From Octopus vulgaris (lineage: Eukaryota), in contig OX597836.1 of NCBI GenBank assembly GCA_951406725.2, positions 48,422,001 through 48,486,000 on the forward strand: a stretch of DNA of 64,000 bases. Reading direction: 5' to 3'. Under the pieces are notes generated by a model, which saw only the letters and a list, made by a program, of their open reading frames with translations, searched no databases and was not told where the DNA came from. Position numbers and translations under genes: made by a program. Position 1 is the stretch's first letter; every line of letters starts with the position of its first letter. This document shows positions 37,569 through 48,184 of the stretch, in pieces.

Positions 37569-37798
37569 TTGGAGTAAAGGTTGTTTGTCAACATAACATG
37601 GCAGTCTGGTTTAGGATGAATGCTGCTGTAATTTAGCCCCAGGAGACATCGTCTCAGCTGGCTATACGGCACAATCTGTGACCTTATATTTTCAAACAAG
37701 GGACACAGATCATGTCATATATCCTGGGGCTAAATTACAGCAACATTTGTCCTAAACCAGGACTGCCGTATTATGTTGGCAAACAATCTTTACTCCAA
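37569..37798. repeat. About 230-bp near-complete hairpin (probable MITE)
   Basis: Arms of about 78 bp (TTGGAGTAAAGG..GCCCCAGGA / TCCTGGGGC..CTTTACTCCAA) plus an inner ATCTGTG/CACAGAT stem. Confidence 0.85.
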
Positions 37799-38897
37799 AG
37801 GACTGTTGCTGAATATCTCTCATTGTGAGATTTAAAAATAGTAATTTTCTAAGCACAAAGTTGTTCAGATGATAAAAGAAAAGTGAGAACAGATCTGACC
37901 AATCCATGCAGCCAGAGACAAACGGATGTAATATGGTGGTGGTGGTGGTGGTTGTGACCAGGTCAAAGAGTGTAAACAATGAGGTAATGGAGAGAAAATA
38001 ATCACCAGGAAAAGGAAGTCAATAAATCTTATGTTTCTCCCCAAAATAAGAGAGAGACGTACATTAAATATTTCTTGCCCTACCCCCACCACTTCTCACA
38101 CATAATCATTATCATATATTATGCTGTATAGACATATACAGGTGCAGCTGTGTGGTAGGTTTACTTCCCAAGCACATGGTCCCGAGTTCAGTACCACCAC
38201 GTGGCACATTGGGAGCAGATTTGGTGGGCGGAAACTGAAAGAAGCCTGTCGTATATGTATGTATGTCTCACCACCACTTGACAGCTGGTGTTGGTTTGTT
38301 TACATCCCAGTAACTTAGCAGTTTGGTGAAAGAGGCTGATCGAATAAGTGCTAGGGTTAAAAAGAAGATAAACAATAGGGTGCCCCAGCATGGTCCCAGT
38401 CTAATGACTGAAACCAGTAAAAATACTATTATATATATATATATACACACACACACATACACAAACACACTACCACCATTACTACAATTACACAGATGAG
38501 GGAGCCTCTTCATGGTAGCTTGACCCACAAGAAATAACAGCTAAATCTCCCTGAAATGACACCTTGCCATCTTAGAAAAAGATCACATTGACCTAAATTA
38601 GTCATGGGTTGCTTGCACATAAGAGAAAGACAGGAGGGTCACAGGTGGAATATTTTTGACCATAGGTCTGTTCTATAAGGACTGAGCAGGAGGTTAAGCA
38701 ACAACTACAACCACACATCCATAAACAAACAAAGAGTGAACAGGGTAAGAGTGGAAGGTGGGTGAGGTGTGTGTGGGGGGGATGATGTGTGACAGAGGAA
38801 AACATCAACAACTGGTTCAGTGAGTTGGTTCCACGACGACCACAGTAACATATATATAAGGCCACCACCACTAATGGTAACTTTTTTTTTTGGTATA

Positions 38898-40011
38898 ACT
38901 ACAGATGTGAACCTCCCCCCACCCGACTTTGTTGCTTCATAACTTCCAGAAAAATGAATACATTTTAACGAAATGTAAATTAAGAGTATATAGGGGCTTG
39001 TTGGGGTTGAGGGGTTGGAGAGAGGAGTTTCGGAAATTTCACACGATCCGAGTTTTTCCCCCTCATAACTTCCAGGAAAATGGGTATCTTTTAATGAAAC
39101 TTTATACAAATACCTTCCAAACAAAATATAAATTACGATTATAAAGAAATTTGTGGGGAAAACTTTTTCCGAATGGGTGGGGTGGGGGGAAGAGTTTCGG
39201 ATCAAGAAGACCACATAAGTTATTTTTTTTACTCCCCCCACGACCATCCCACTTTTGTTTTGCCTTTAAAAACCACAGGAGGAGCCTTTTCGGTAAAAAA
39301 AACCCCCGAAAAAGTAAATATTTTCAGAGGAAAAAGGGTGATTTGGCTGTTGTTTCTAGCACATACAAAGACAACCCTCCTCGTTTCTTTCTCACCCTCT
39401 AATGTATTGATGTTTTCAATATTTTTCTCTCCATAAACACATTCATGGTATAAAAAAAAATTCGAAAATTTGATTTTTTTTTCAACCTCACTCCCTGGCC
39501 AAGTGCAGGGGCACTTGTCCAAATTTACCCAAAGCTTTTCTTTTGGTGTTTAAGTGCCCCCCCCCCCCACAAAAAAAAAAAAAAAGAAAAGAAAAAATGG
39601 CCAACATAGATCCGGAATGGAATAGTGAGTGAAAAACAAAAGATGCCTCCCATCATTTCGAAAAACAAAACAACAGAAATTTCAACTTATGGGGTCTTCT
39701 TGATCGGAAACTCAGTTTTTCCAAACTACCCCCACCCCTGAAACATTTCTCCCAAAGATTTCTTTATAATCGTAATCTATGCCGTTTAAAAGGTATTTCA
39801 TTAAAAGATACCCATTTTCCTGAAAGTTATGAGGGAAAAAGTTGGGTGGTGTGAATTTTCCGAAACTCCTCTCCCCAACCCCTTAAAAAAATTCTTTCTC
39901 ATAAACCCCTACAAACTCGGAATTCTCAGCATCCAAATTTTGTTAAAAAGTATCCATTTTTCTGAAAGTTAAGAAGCAACAAAGTCGCGGGGAGGGGCAC
40001 ACATCTGTAGT
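38898..40011. mobile_element. 1.1-kb foldback-like DNA element
   Basis: Termini ACTACAGATGTG..CGACTTTGTTGCTTC / GAAGCAACAAAGTCG..CACATCTGTAGT, with about 300-bp inverted modular arms. Confidence 0.8.
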
Positions 40012-40197
40012 CAGGCCTTTTTTATATAATGCTCTAATATATTTTTTTTCAAAGAGCAACAATTTCTAAAGATGCCATCCCAAATGACAACAGAAAAACA
40101 AAATACCCAGAGACCGCCACCACCACCTCCTCCTCCTCAGCCATTCGCAGAAATAACAATAGATGCACATGATGAGCGCGCGGAGGACAGAAATACG

Positions 40198-40235
<38 letters not shown>

Positions 40236-41447
40236 AGCACTGTATTCCTCGCGAGGTCGTGTGTATATATGTAGAATAACATACGTAAGTAACGAGTGTA
40301 TATATTTATCACACATACACACAACTACTCATTCATACCTCATGTGTTTGTTGTGTTGCTGAGCGGGTGGGCGAGCGAGGACATTGAGTACATTGCCAAA
40401 TCTGCATCACAGATGATATTTGGCGGTTTTTGCTGGTCGTCAGGACGAGTACCCAGATTTCCTCATCATTTGTTGTAAGGAAAACCTCATCCCTCCTCAC
40501 ACGGACACAATCTGACCACATGCAAAACAAAGGACATCCGCACTGGCTGATTACATCAACACAACAGCCACTCGTTCATCCCGTGTTTCTTCTCTCTCTC
40601 TCTCTCTATCACTACAACAGCTTCTGTTCTTATAATTAGCGTGTGTTACACACCACACAAACACCATCCTTGTGCCCCACCCGTTTCAGCTGAAACGGGC
40701 AAAAGGATGTGTAATGTCTATGCCGTACGAGGCACCTTACGCACCCAAGATGAAAGCAAACGCCAGAAATTCCTTTCCGAACCACGTTTGTTTAAATCCC
40801 TATTAAGCAATATTGATCCCATAATTCTAAAAGTAGCTGACGTTGTCTCTCAACTCCCAACTAAATTCAACACGTTTCCGATTTAGGCACAATTCACCAT
40901 CGACCCCTGCTACTTTATTTTATCAATCCCGAAAGTATGAAAAGCAAATACGGCTTCGGCGGAATTTGAACTCTGAAAGTAAAGAACCGAAACAAATATC
41001 GCAAACCCTAACTACCGAGTGATACTAAAATAATAATAATAAAACCTCGTGGGCTACGAACATACACGTACAAGTATACCCTTTAAACAGTCCACATATG
41101 TATAATGTGTCTGTCCATACAATCGAACAAATAACGTAGTTTTTTATGATCAAGTTATAGTAATAATGTATGTTTGTATACAAATGTCAACGTAGAGTAA
41201 TACACAGTTTCTATATATACGTCTATGATGTTATGTTCATAATGAAGTTATTTTCATAATTCAAACCTACGTCGCTTATACACACACATCGACAAAACAG
41301 AAGTCCGTCAAAACAATCAATATCTTTGTGTGTGTGTGTGTGTGGCAATCTTTCGGGGAAAGTATATTTTCATACAAACACAGGGATACATGTACTCCAT
41401 TCAATGTTCAAATCTAAAAAATATAAGTTATACAGGCAACTGCAAAG

Positions 41448-41520
<73 letters not shown>

Positions 41521-41578
41521 ATAATTACTTGTATACAAAAAGCAATTAGCAACCACAAAGAAATGCCAATTTGTTTAC

Positions 41579-41761
41579 CTGGCGTGTTCGTTGTTGTGAC
41601 ATGTTTATCCACATCTGGTGCGAACAACCACCGCCACCGTTGCCCCTGTAACAAGCGTTACAAGCGCAGTGAGTTCGTCTACCACAGTAAAAGGGAGCAG
41701 GCCGAAACCAGGGCCCAGGGCCGTGTTGGTAAAGTGTGGGCTCCAGCATGACCACGTTCAT
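41579..41761 (-). CDS. Candidate alternative first coding exon of REXO1
   Basis: ATG at 41761, 61 codons MNVVMLEPTLYQHGPGPWFRPAPFYCGRRTHCACNACYRG...QQRTRQ, donor CAG|GTAAAC at 41578. Phase 0, compatible with the exon starting at 33082. Lies just downstream of a promoter-like island. Confidence 0.55.
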
Positions 41762-41999
41762 AGTAGAGCGAGTGACGAAATATTTCTTAGTCTTCTTGTG
41801 ATAATTGTCGACGTTTGTATGAACTTTTTTTTTTTTAATAATAAAAAAAAAAAAGTCAGGGAAACTTTGTTTCTATGTAATTTTGTTGTGATTCAGGTTC
41901 GAATTGAAGTTGTTTCTTTGGAAGCGGGGGGCTCCGATCATAACACGAGCGGTCTGTTGAGTGGGGAGTTGGTAAATGTTAAAGTAAGCGATCGTAGTT

Positions 42000-42480
42000 G
42001 ACGGGTAAATAAGAAAAAAAGTCGGGTGAACGACCGAACGACTCAAGCGAATCGTGTGAGAATGTTGCGAAGAGTCGAAGCGAAATGAGTGAAGAGGGGA
42101 AAACAGCGAAACACAACGAACAGACAAACAAACAAACAAGGAATGGTTGCGTAAGGAAACAACGTCCGATCACGTCAGCACGCGCGCGCGCGCACAAACA
42201 CACACACTCACGCACACACGCATACATACACGCGCTCGTACAGACGCAAACGACGCACGCGACAGCACACACACACACACACACATGGAGTAGTGTATAG
42301 ACACACAATAATGATAAAGAGGACATGAACACAAACACACGCCTCCCTCGTGACTAACCACGCCTCCATGCCGTCGGGTAAAACAACCAATCAGAACAGC
42401 GCTAACAACCATCCTCATTCACTTCCTGGAAACGTCATTTCGGCTGACATCATAATAACCGGAAGTGGAGTCAATAGAGA
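42000..42480 (-). promoter_or_regulatory. Intronic CpG-rich promoter-like region
   Basis: High CpG density, CCAAT at 42387-42391, ETS sites CACTTCCTG (42420-42428) and ACCGGAAGTG (42458-42467), and no SINEs. Confidence 0.6.
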
Positions 42481-43524
42481 GGAGGAGGTTAAAGGAAAGG
42501 TTATAAAAGAGACGGAGGAGGAGATGCATGGCGAGAGAGAGAGAGAGAGAGAATGCGGGAGAGAGGAGTCATGGTATCTGAAGGAGATGCGGAGGGGTGG
42601 GGGAGAAGATGAGGAAAAAAAGATGAGAGATGAGAGATATAAATTATATTTATGACAAAAAGAGAGAATTTCGAGGAAAACAAAAGAGAAAAAATTGAAA
42701 TAAAGTGAGATTGGTGGATAGGAAAAAACCCCCAAAAAACGAGGATTTTAATTAAAAGAAAAAAAAACTAGATGCGGCAGTCGAAATAGAAAGAGAGAGA
42801 GAGAAAAGGGAAGTAGAGAAGAAAGTTTAAAGAAAGAGAGAAAGGGACAGAGATAGAAGTAAAAATAGAAGAAGAAAAGAAAATAGAGAAGGAGAAAAAA
42901 TGTGTGGTGGGGAGAGAAGAAGAAGAAGAAGAAAATATATTCGTAACAATTGTTGAAAGCAGGGACAGTTGAGAGGAGGAAGTATATGGCGTCATCGCGA
43001 TTGATTTATTTAAAATGTCTCTATATAAGGAGATAGAATTAAGAAACAGCTATTCTCTGTCCGTTTTGAGTACAATAATCATCTCAGTCCTTTTGTAGTA
43101 GTTACTGTGTATGGATACAACAAGTAGGTATTTCAGATATTAGCGTGTAAAATGTTGGTGGCGGTGTCACCAGGTGCACTTGTGTGTAGGTCTACACACA
43201 CACACACACGGGCGAGCACTCGAGTACAGTGCAATACAAGTACATTAAGATATATTGAATATTTGAATATTAGAAAAAACAAGTTGTGGTTGAACTAAGA
43301 ATGAAAATACACACATGACTGGCTTCCCCGTGGGTTTCGATTCCCAAGTACATCACAAGACTTTGGTGACCAGGAGCCATAGAGAACAAACTTGTTCAAG
43401 GTTTCGCGCAGTGGGACTGAAAACCACATGGCTGGCAAAGCGGACTTTCGAACCACACAACCTTACCCTACACATACACACACAATAAGTTAAACACATA
43501 GAGATCTATACATGTGTGTGTGTA

Positions 43525-43743
43525 GGAGAGGGTGCTGAAAAAGTTCCTGGCTTTGAGTAAAAGAAAATAGAGGAGGATCAGTTAATTAGGATTTCATTCA
43601 ATATATTCTCCTCTCAGCAGATTCACACACTTATTGCAGCGGTCCTTCAGTTCTTCAAAGCTCTGTAAAAGAACTCGAAAGGTTTGGCCTCCAACCAAGC
43701 CTTTCGCGACACCTTAAAGCCAGGAACCTTTCAGCCCCACCTC
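43525..43743. mobile_element. Tc1/mariner-like MITE
   Basis: TA-flanked; TIR GAGGGTGCTGAAAA.GTTCCTGGCTTT / AAAGCCAGGAACCTTTCAGC. Confidence 0.8.
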
Positions 43744-44369
43744 TACCTGTATGAACAAAAAAATCGGGCGAAGCTTTGATTTAATAAATTTCATTTATGC
43801 AAATGAATTACTGAGGTTATCTCATGATTTTTTTTATTTATAAGTTCTTTAATCTTACGATCTTACTTTAGACTGAAGGCCCAACAACCTTCTGCAGGAG
43901 TTGGACTAAAAGTCTACCCCAGATGGAGCCTTTTGGCGTGTGTGAGAGGGTGCCATGTAATTCGTAAGACTAAAATCCTCATTCACCGAGTGCGAGTATT
44001 AGGGATGGAATTGAAAAGAGAGATAAAGATGGGTGTGACGATGTATCAGGGTGGGGCCTTAAGGTACAAGGTGAACAGAAGAGAGAGTGGGGACAGAAAA
44101 ATAGGAAGGGTGAATGGGTAGAGGCTGCAAGAGCGAGGGATATATAGAGGTGGCATAGGAGTGGAGATTGAATGGTGGGAAGATAGGGGAGAGGAGGTGA
44201 TGACTGGCAGTGACCAGCAGAATAAAAATAATAATCATCCAGTAGACAGAGGAAAGATGAGAGAAAGGAAGTTAACAGGTTGATATGGGATGGTAAGTGG
44301 GTAGGTTGCAAGAGTGAGAGATGTAGTGAGGCAGTGTGTGTGTGCATATATATATATATAAATATAAAG

Positions 44370-44580
44370 ATGGTGAGCTGGCAGAAATGTTAGTATATGG
44401 TGGGGATGCTTAGCGGTATTTCTTCCATTGTTACGTTCTGAGTTCAAACTCCACCGAGGTCGACTTTGCCTTTCATCCTTTCAGGGTCAATAAATTAAGT
44501 ACCAGTTGTATATTGGGGTCGATCTAATTGCCTGGCATCCCCTCCCACCAAATTTTGGGCCTTGTGTCTAGAGTAGAAAA
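44370..44580 (+). mobile_element. SINE family B (Meta-like)
   Basis: Same head and core as the 20554-20780 copy. Confidence 0.85.
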
Positions 44581-45345
44581 GAGCATGCAAGAGAGACGAC
44601 TGCACTGGTATGGTCATGTGGCGAGAATGGATGAGGACAGCTGTGTGAAAAAGTGCCACACCCTAGCGGAACCTGTGGAAGAGGTAGACCCAGGAAGACC
44701 TGGGATGAAGTGGTGAAGCACGACCTTCGAACATAAGGCCTCACCAAGGAAATGACTAGCGACTGAGACTTTTGGAAATATGCTGTGCTTGAGAAGACCC
44801 AGCAAGCCAAATGAGACCATAACCTGTGGCCTATGCCAGGAGCGTAACCAACCCGCTTTTGCGTACCTTTCCTTCTTTGGTCACTAAACTCTGCTTGTGA
44901 AGACCTGTTGAGGCAAGTGAAATCAAAATCAATATCAGTTTGATGACTGGCATCCATGCTAGTGGGGTGCAAAGAGCACCATCCGAGCGTGATCGTTGCC
45001 AGAGCAGCCAACTGGCTTCTGTACCCATGGCATGTAAAAGGGTACCATTCGAGCGTGATCGCCACCAACATCGCTTCACTGGCAGCTGTGCCAGTGGCAC
45101 GTATAAAAAAGATTCGAGTGAGGTCATTGCCAGTACTGCCTGACTGACCCCTGTGCCGGTGGCATGTAAAAAGCACCCACTACACTCCCGGAGTGGTTGG
45201 CATTAGGAAGGGCATCCTGTAGAAACTCTGCCAGATCAAGATTGGAGCCTGGTGCAGCCATCTGGTTTGCCAGCCCTCAGTCAAAATCGTCCAACCCATG
45301 CTAGCATGGAAAGCGGACGTTAAATGATGATGATGATGATGATGA
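44580..45345 (+). mobile_element. 5'-truncated RTE LINE (ORF end, 3'UTR with short tandem subrepeats, (TGA)n tail)
   Basis: SMQERRLHWYGHVARMDEDSCVKKCHTL..GRGRPRKTWDEVVKHDL. Same family as 6690-8080. Confidence 0.9.
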
Positions 45346-46595
45346 TATATATATATATATATATAGATATGTGCGTGCATGTCTGGTGTCTATTCCAGTT
45401 ATTGAATTGTGATTTCAGTGCCTGCGATGGCACTGATACCAAGTTGGTGGCTTTTCCCTTCTACAAGCATCTGTGGCGTTCAAAGGTGACACTTGCATGC
45501 ATAGTAAACAGCCAGTCTTCTTCAAAAGATGTTGCCCAGGCCTGCACATACATGTGTTTATGCATGGTCAACAATGACCAATGGAGGCCCTACAGCATAT
45601 ACGTGAGAGTGTTCTCTCACACACACAGTTCTCAAAAATAAACATCATTGTTTTTAATGTCCACTTTTCCATGGGTTGGATGGAATTTGTTGAAGCAGAT
45701 TTTCTACAGCCAGATGCCTTTCCTGTCAACAACTCTCATCTGTTACTAGGTGAGGTAATATTTCCCTGTGGCTGGACATGTTTTCACAGAAGATTGGAAA
45801 TAAAAGACACTGCTTGCATGATGATGATGATGAAGCTTGCTTACAACTACCGTACAAAGTCAAGATAAAGAAACACACACACGTGTTTACATACAATGGG
45901 CTTCTTTTCAGTTATCGTCTACAAAATCGACTCACATGGCTTTAGTCAACCTGAAGCTACAGCGGATGATATTTGTCTTAAAGTGCCATGAAGTGGGACT
46001 GAACTTGAAACCATTCTGTTGGCAAGTCTATATGATAATGTTAAATATGGTGATAATAAAACGGAAATAAAAATGGAAGCTGTAAAAGCATGTATCTTAT
46101 TCAATTCTTATTCAATGCCATCTGTGATGGATACTTTTTTGGCTTGAGTAGTTGAGTTATGCACTTTTCTGGGAATTTTCTGTTTGTTCTGCAACTCTGT
46201 GTTTCCTGGTAGAATCTCATGCCATGCTTGGCTTCATTCTTTGCCCTCAAATTATTATGAACCATTCAAAGAATGAATGAGTCTAACAAGTGAGTAAAAT
46301 CCACCACAGACTGCTTAGAAAAAGATGACTATGGCTGGAATGCCTTTCAGTAGCAACCTGCCTGAGAACAGGAGAACGCCTCTGGTTCGATGGTACCAAT
46401 GTTCTGTTTTAAAGTGATCTTCCATTAGAATGTTGTTAATTTGAGCGAAAAACCAGCTTAAATAATGACAAACTTCATTAGCACTCCTACAAGCATACAC
46501 ACTAACAAGAGTTGCAACAATAATTAGCAACAAACAAACATCATTATTATGACTGCGACTGCTACCAATGTAAGGAGTATTGTATTGTAACTTAC

Positions 46596-46733
46596 CTTTT
46601 TAGGAACATGTGCCACTCTGCTTTGTGTCTTGGCAGCTGTACCAGCCACGGTGCGAAAGACATTAATATTGCAACTCTCTGGCATAGACATGTCTGGAAG
46701 TTTCAACTGCAGCTTTGGTAATACCACTTTCTT
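46596..46733 (-). CDS. REXO1: REXO1 exon (most 5' exon identified; upstream exons not found in the window)
   Basis: tttgtttacag|KKVVLPKLQLKLPDMSMPESCNINVFRTVAGTAAKTQSRVAHVPKK|GTAAG; 138 nt, phase 0/0. R.AH.P motif precedes the L.KP.I exon as in REXO1. The 11 exons total 1365 nt of open frame. Confidence 0.85.
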
Positions 46734-48085
46734 CTGTAAACAAAAACAAATTATAATCATTATTATTATTCTCTTTATTGCCCACAGGGGGCTAAACACA
46801 GAGGGAACAAGGACAAAGGGATTAAATCGATTACATCGACCATGAAAGGCAAAGTCAACCTTGATGGAATTTGAACTCAGAACGTAAAAACAGATGAAAT
46901 ACCGCTCAGCGTTTGCAACAGGCGTGCTAACGATTCTGCCAGCTCACTGCCTTATTATCATCATTATTATTAAGGTGGCATGCTGGACGAAATGCTTAGT
47001 GGTATTTCACCTGTCACTACGTTCTGAGTTCAAATTCCACCAAGGCCGACTTTACCTTTCATCCTTTTGGGGTTGAAAAAAATAAGTACCAGTTGAAAAC
47101 TGGGGTTGATGTAATTGACTCCTCTCCTCCCCCCAAACAGCTCCCCTTGTGGAAAAATTTGAAGCCATTATTATTATTATTAATTTATAAAACATTGACA
47201 TAAGCCTTCACAAAAAATTGAAGACTGATGATGTTTTTCTGGCAAAGTGAGAACACAGGATTTCCTTGTTTATGATTTTAAATTTCTCTGTTTCTTCATT
47301 TGACATTTGGAACTTGAAACAGCAAGACGAGCTGTCGAGATATTGTTCAAACCAATAAACAATCTATTACAACTGCACCATGCTTCATCATCATCATCAA
47401 TACTTAGGCCAGTGGTTCTCAACCTTTTTAATACCAAGGCCAGGTCCAAAATCTCAAAACCTGGGGTCCATGGTTGAGAACTGCAAATTAGGGCTCTTTA
47501 TTTTGAGCCCAAATCTGGCCAAGAACAACTTTTCTATTCATCTTTTGGGGCATCCGTAAAATATCAGTGAGGTACTGTAGCTGATGTAATCAACTACCCC
47601 CACCAGCCAAAAGGGTTGGCCTTAATCAGAAACCATTTTTATTCCCTTTGCCTTTCACCTTTTTATGGTCCGGCCAAGTACTACGGTCGCTGTAATTGGC
47701 TAGGGCCTTCCTCCCAAATTTCAGGCCTTGTCCCTAAAGGATTACTGTTATTATTAAGGCAGTGGAGTAGAAGAACCATAAGAGTTTTCTTTTTAGACAT
47801 AATGGCTTGATGGATTTGTTCACAAGTTCAAATCTCACCAAAGCCAACTTTGCTTTCTATCTTTCCAGGGCTGAGAAAATTAACTAAACTCAGGTCAGAA
47901 ATTTCTAGCTTTATGCCTGTGTAAGAAGAAACCGTTGTTGTTGTCATAACCATCTTCATTATTATTATTATTATTACTTTTATCGACATTGACAGGAAAA
48001 CATACATGATCTCAGCTCTAGAAAAATCTCCACACCTTCCACTACTTTTATCCAAATTGAGATGTAATCTGCTTGTACAGACAAA

Positions 48086-48184
<99 letters not shown>

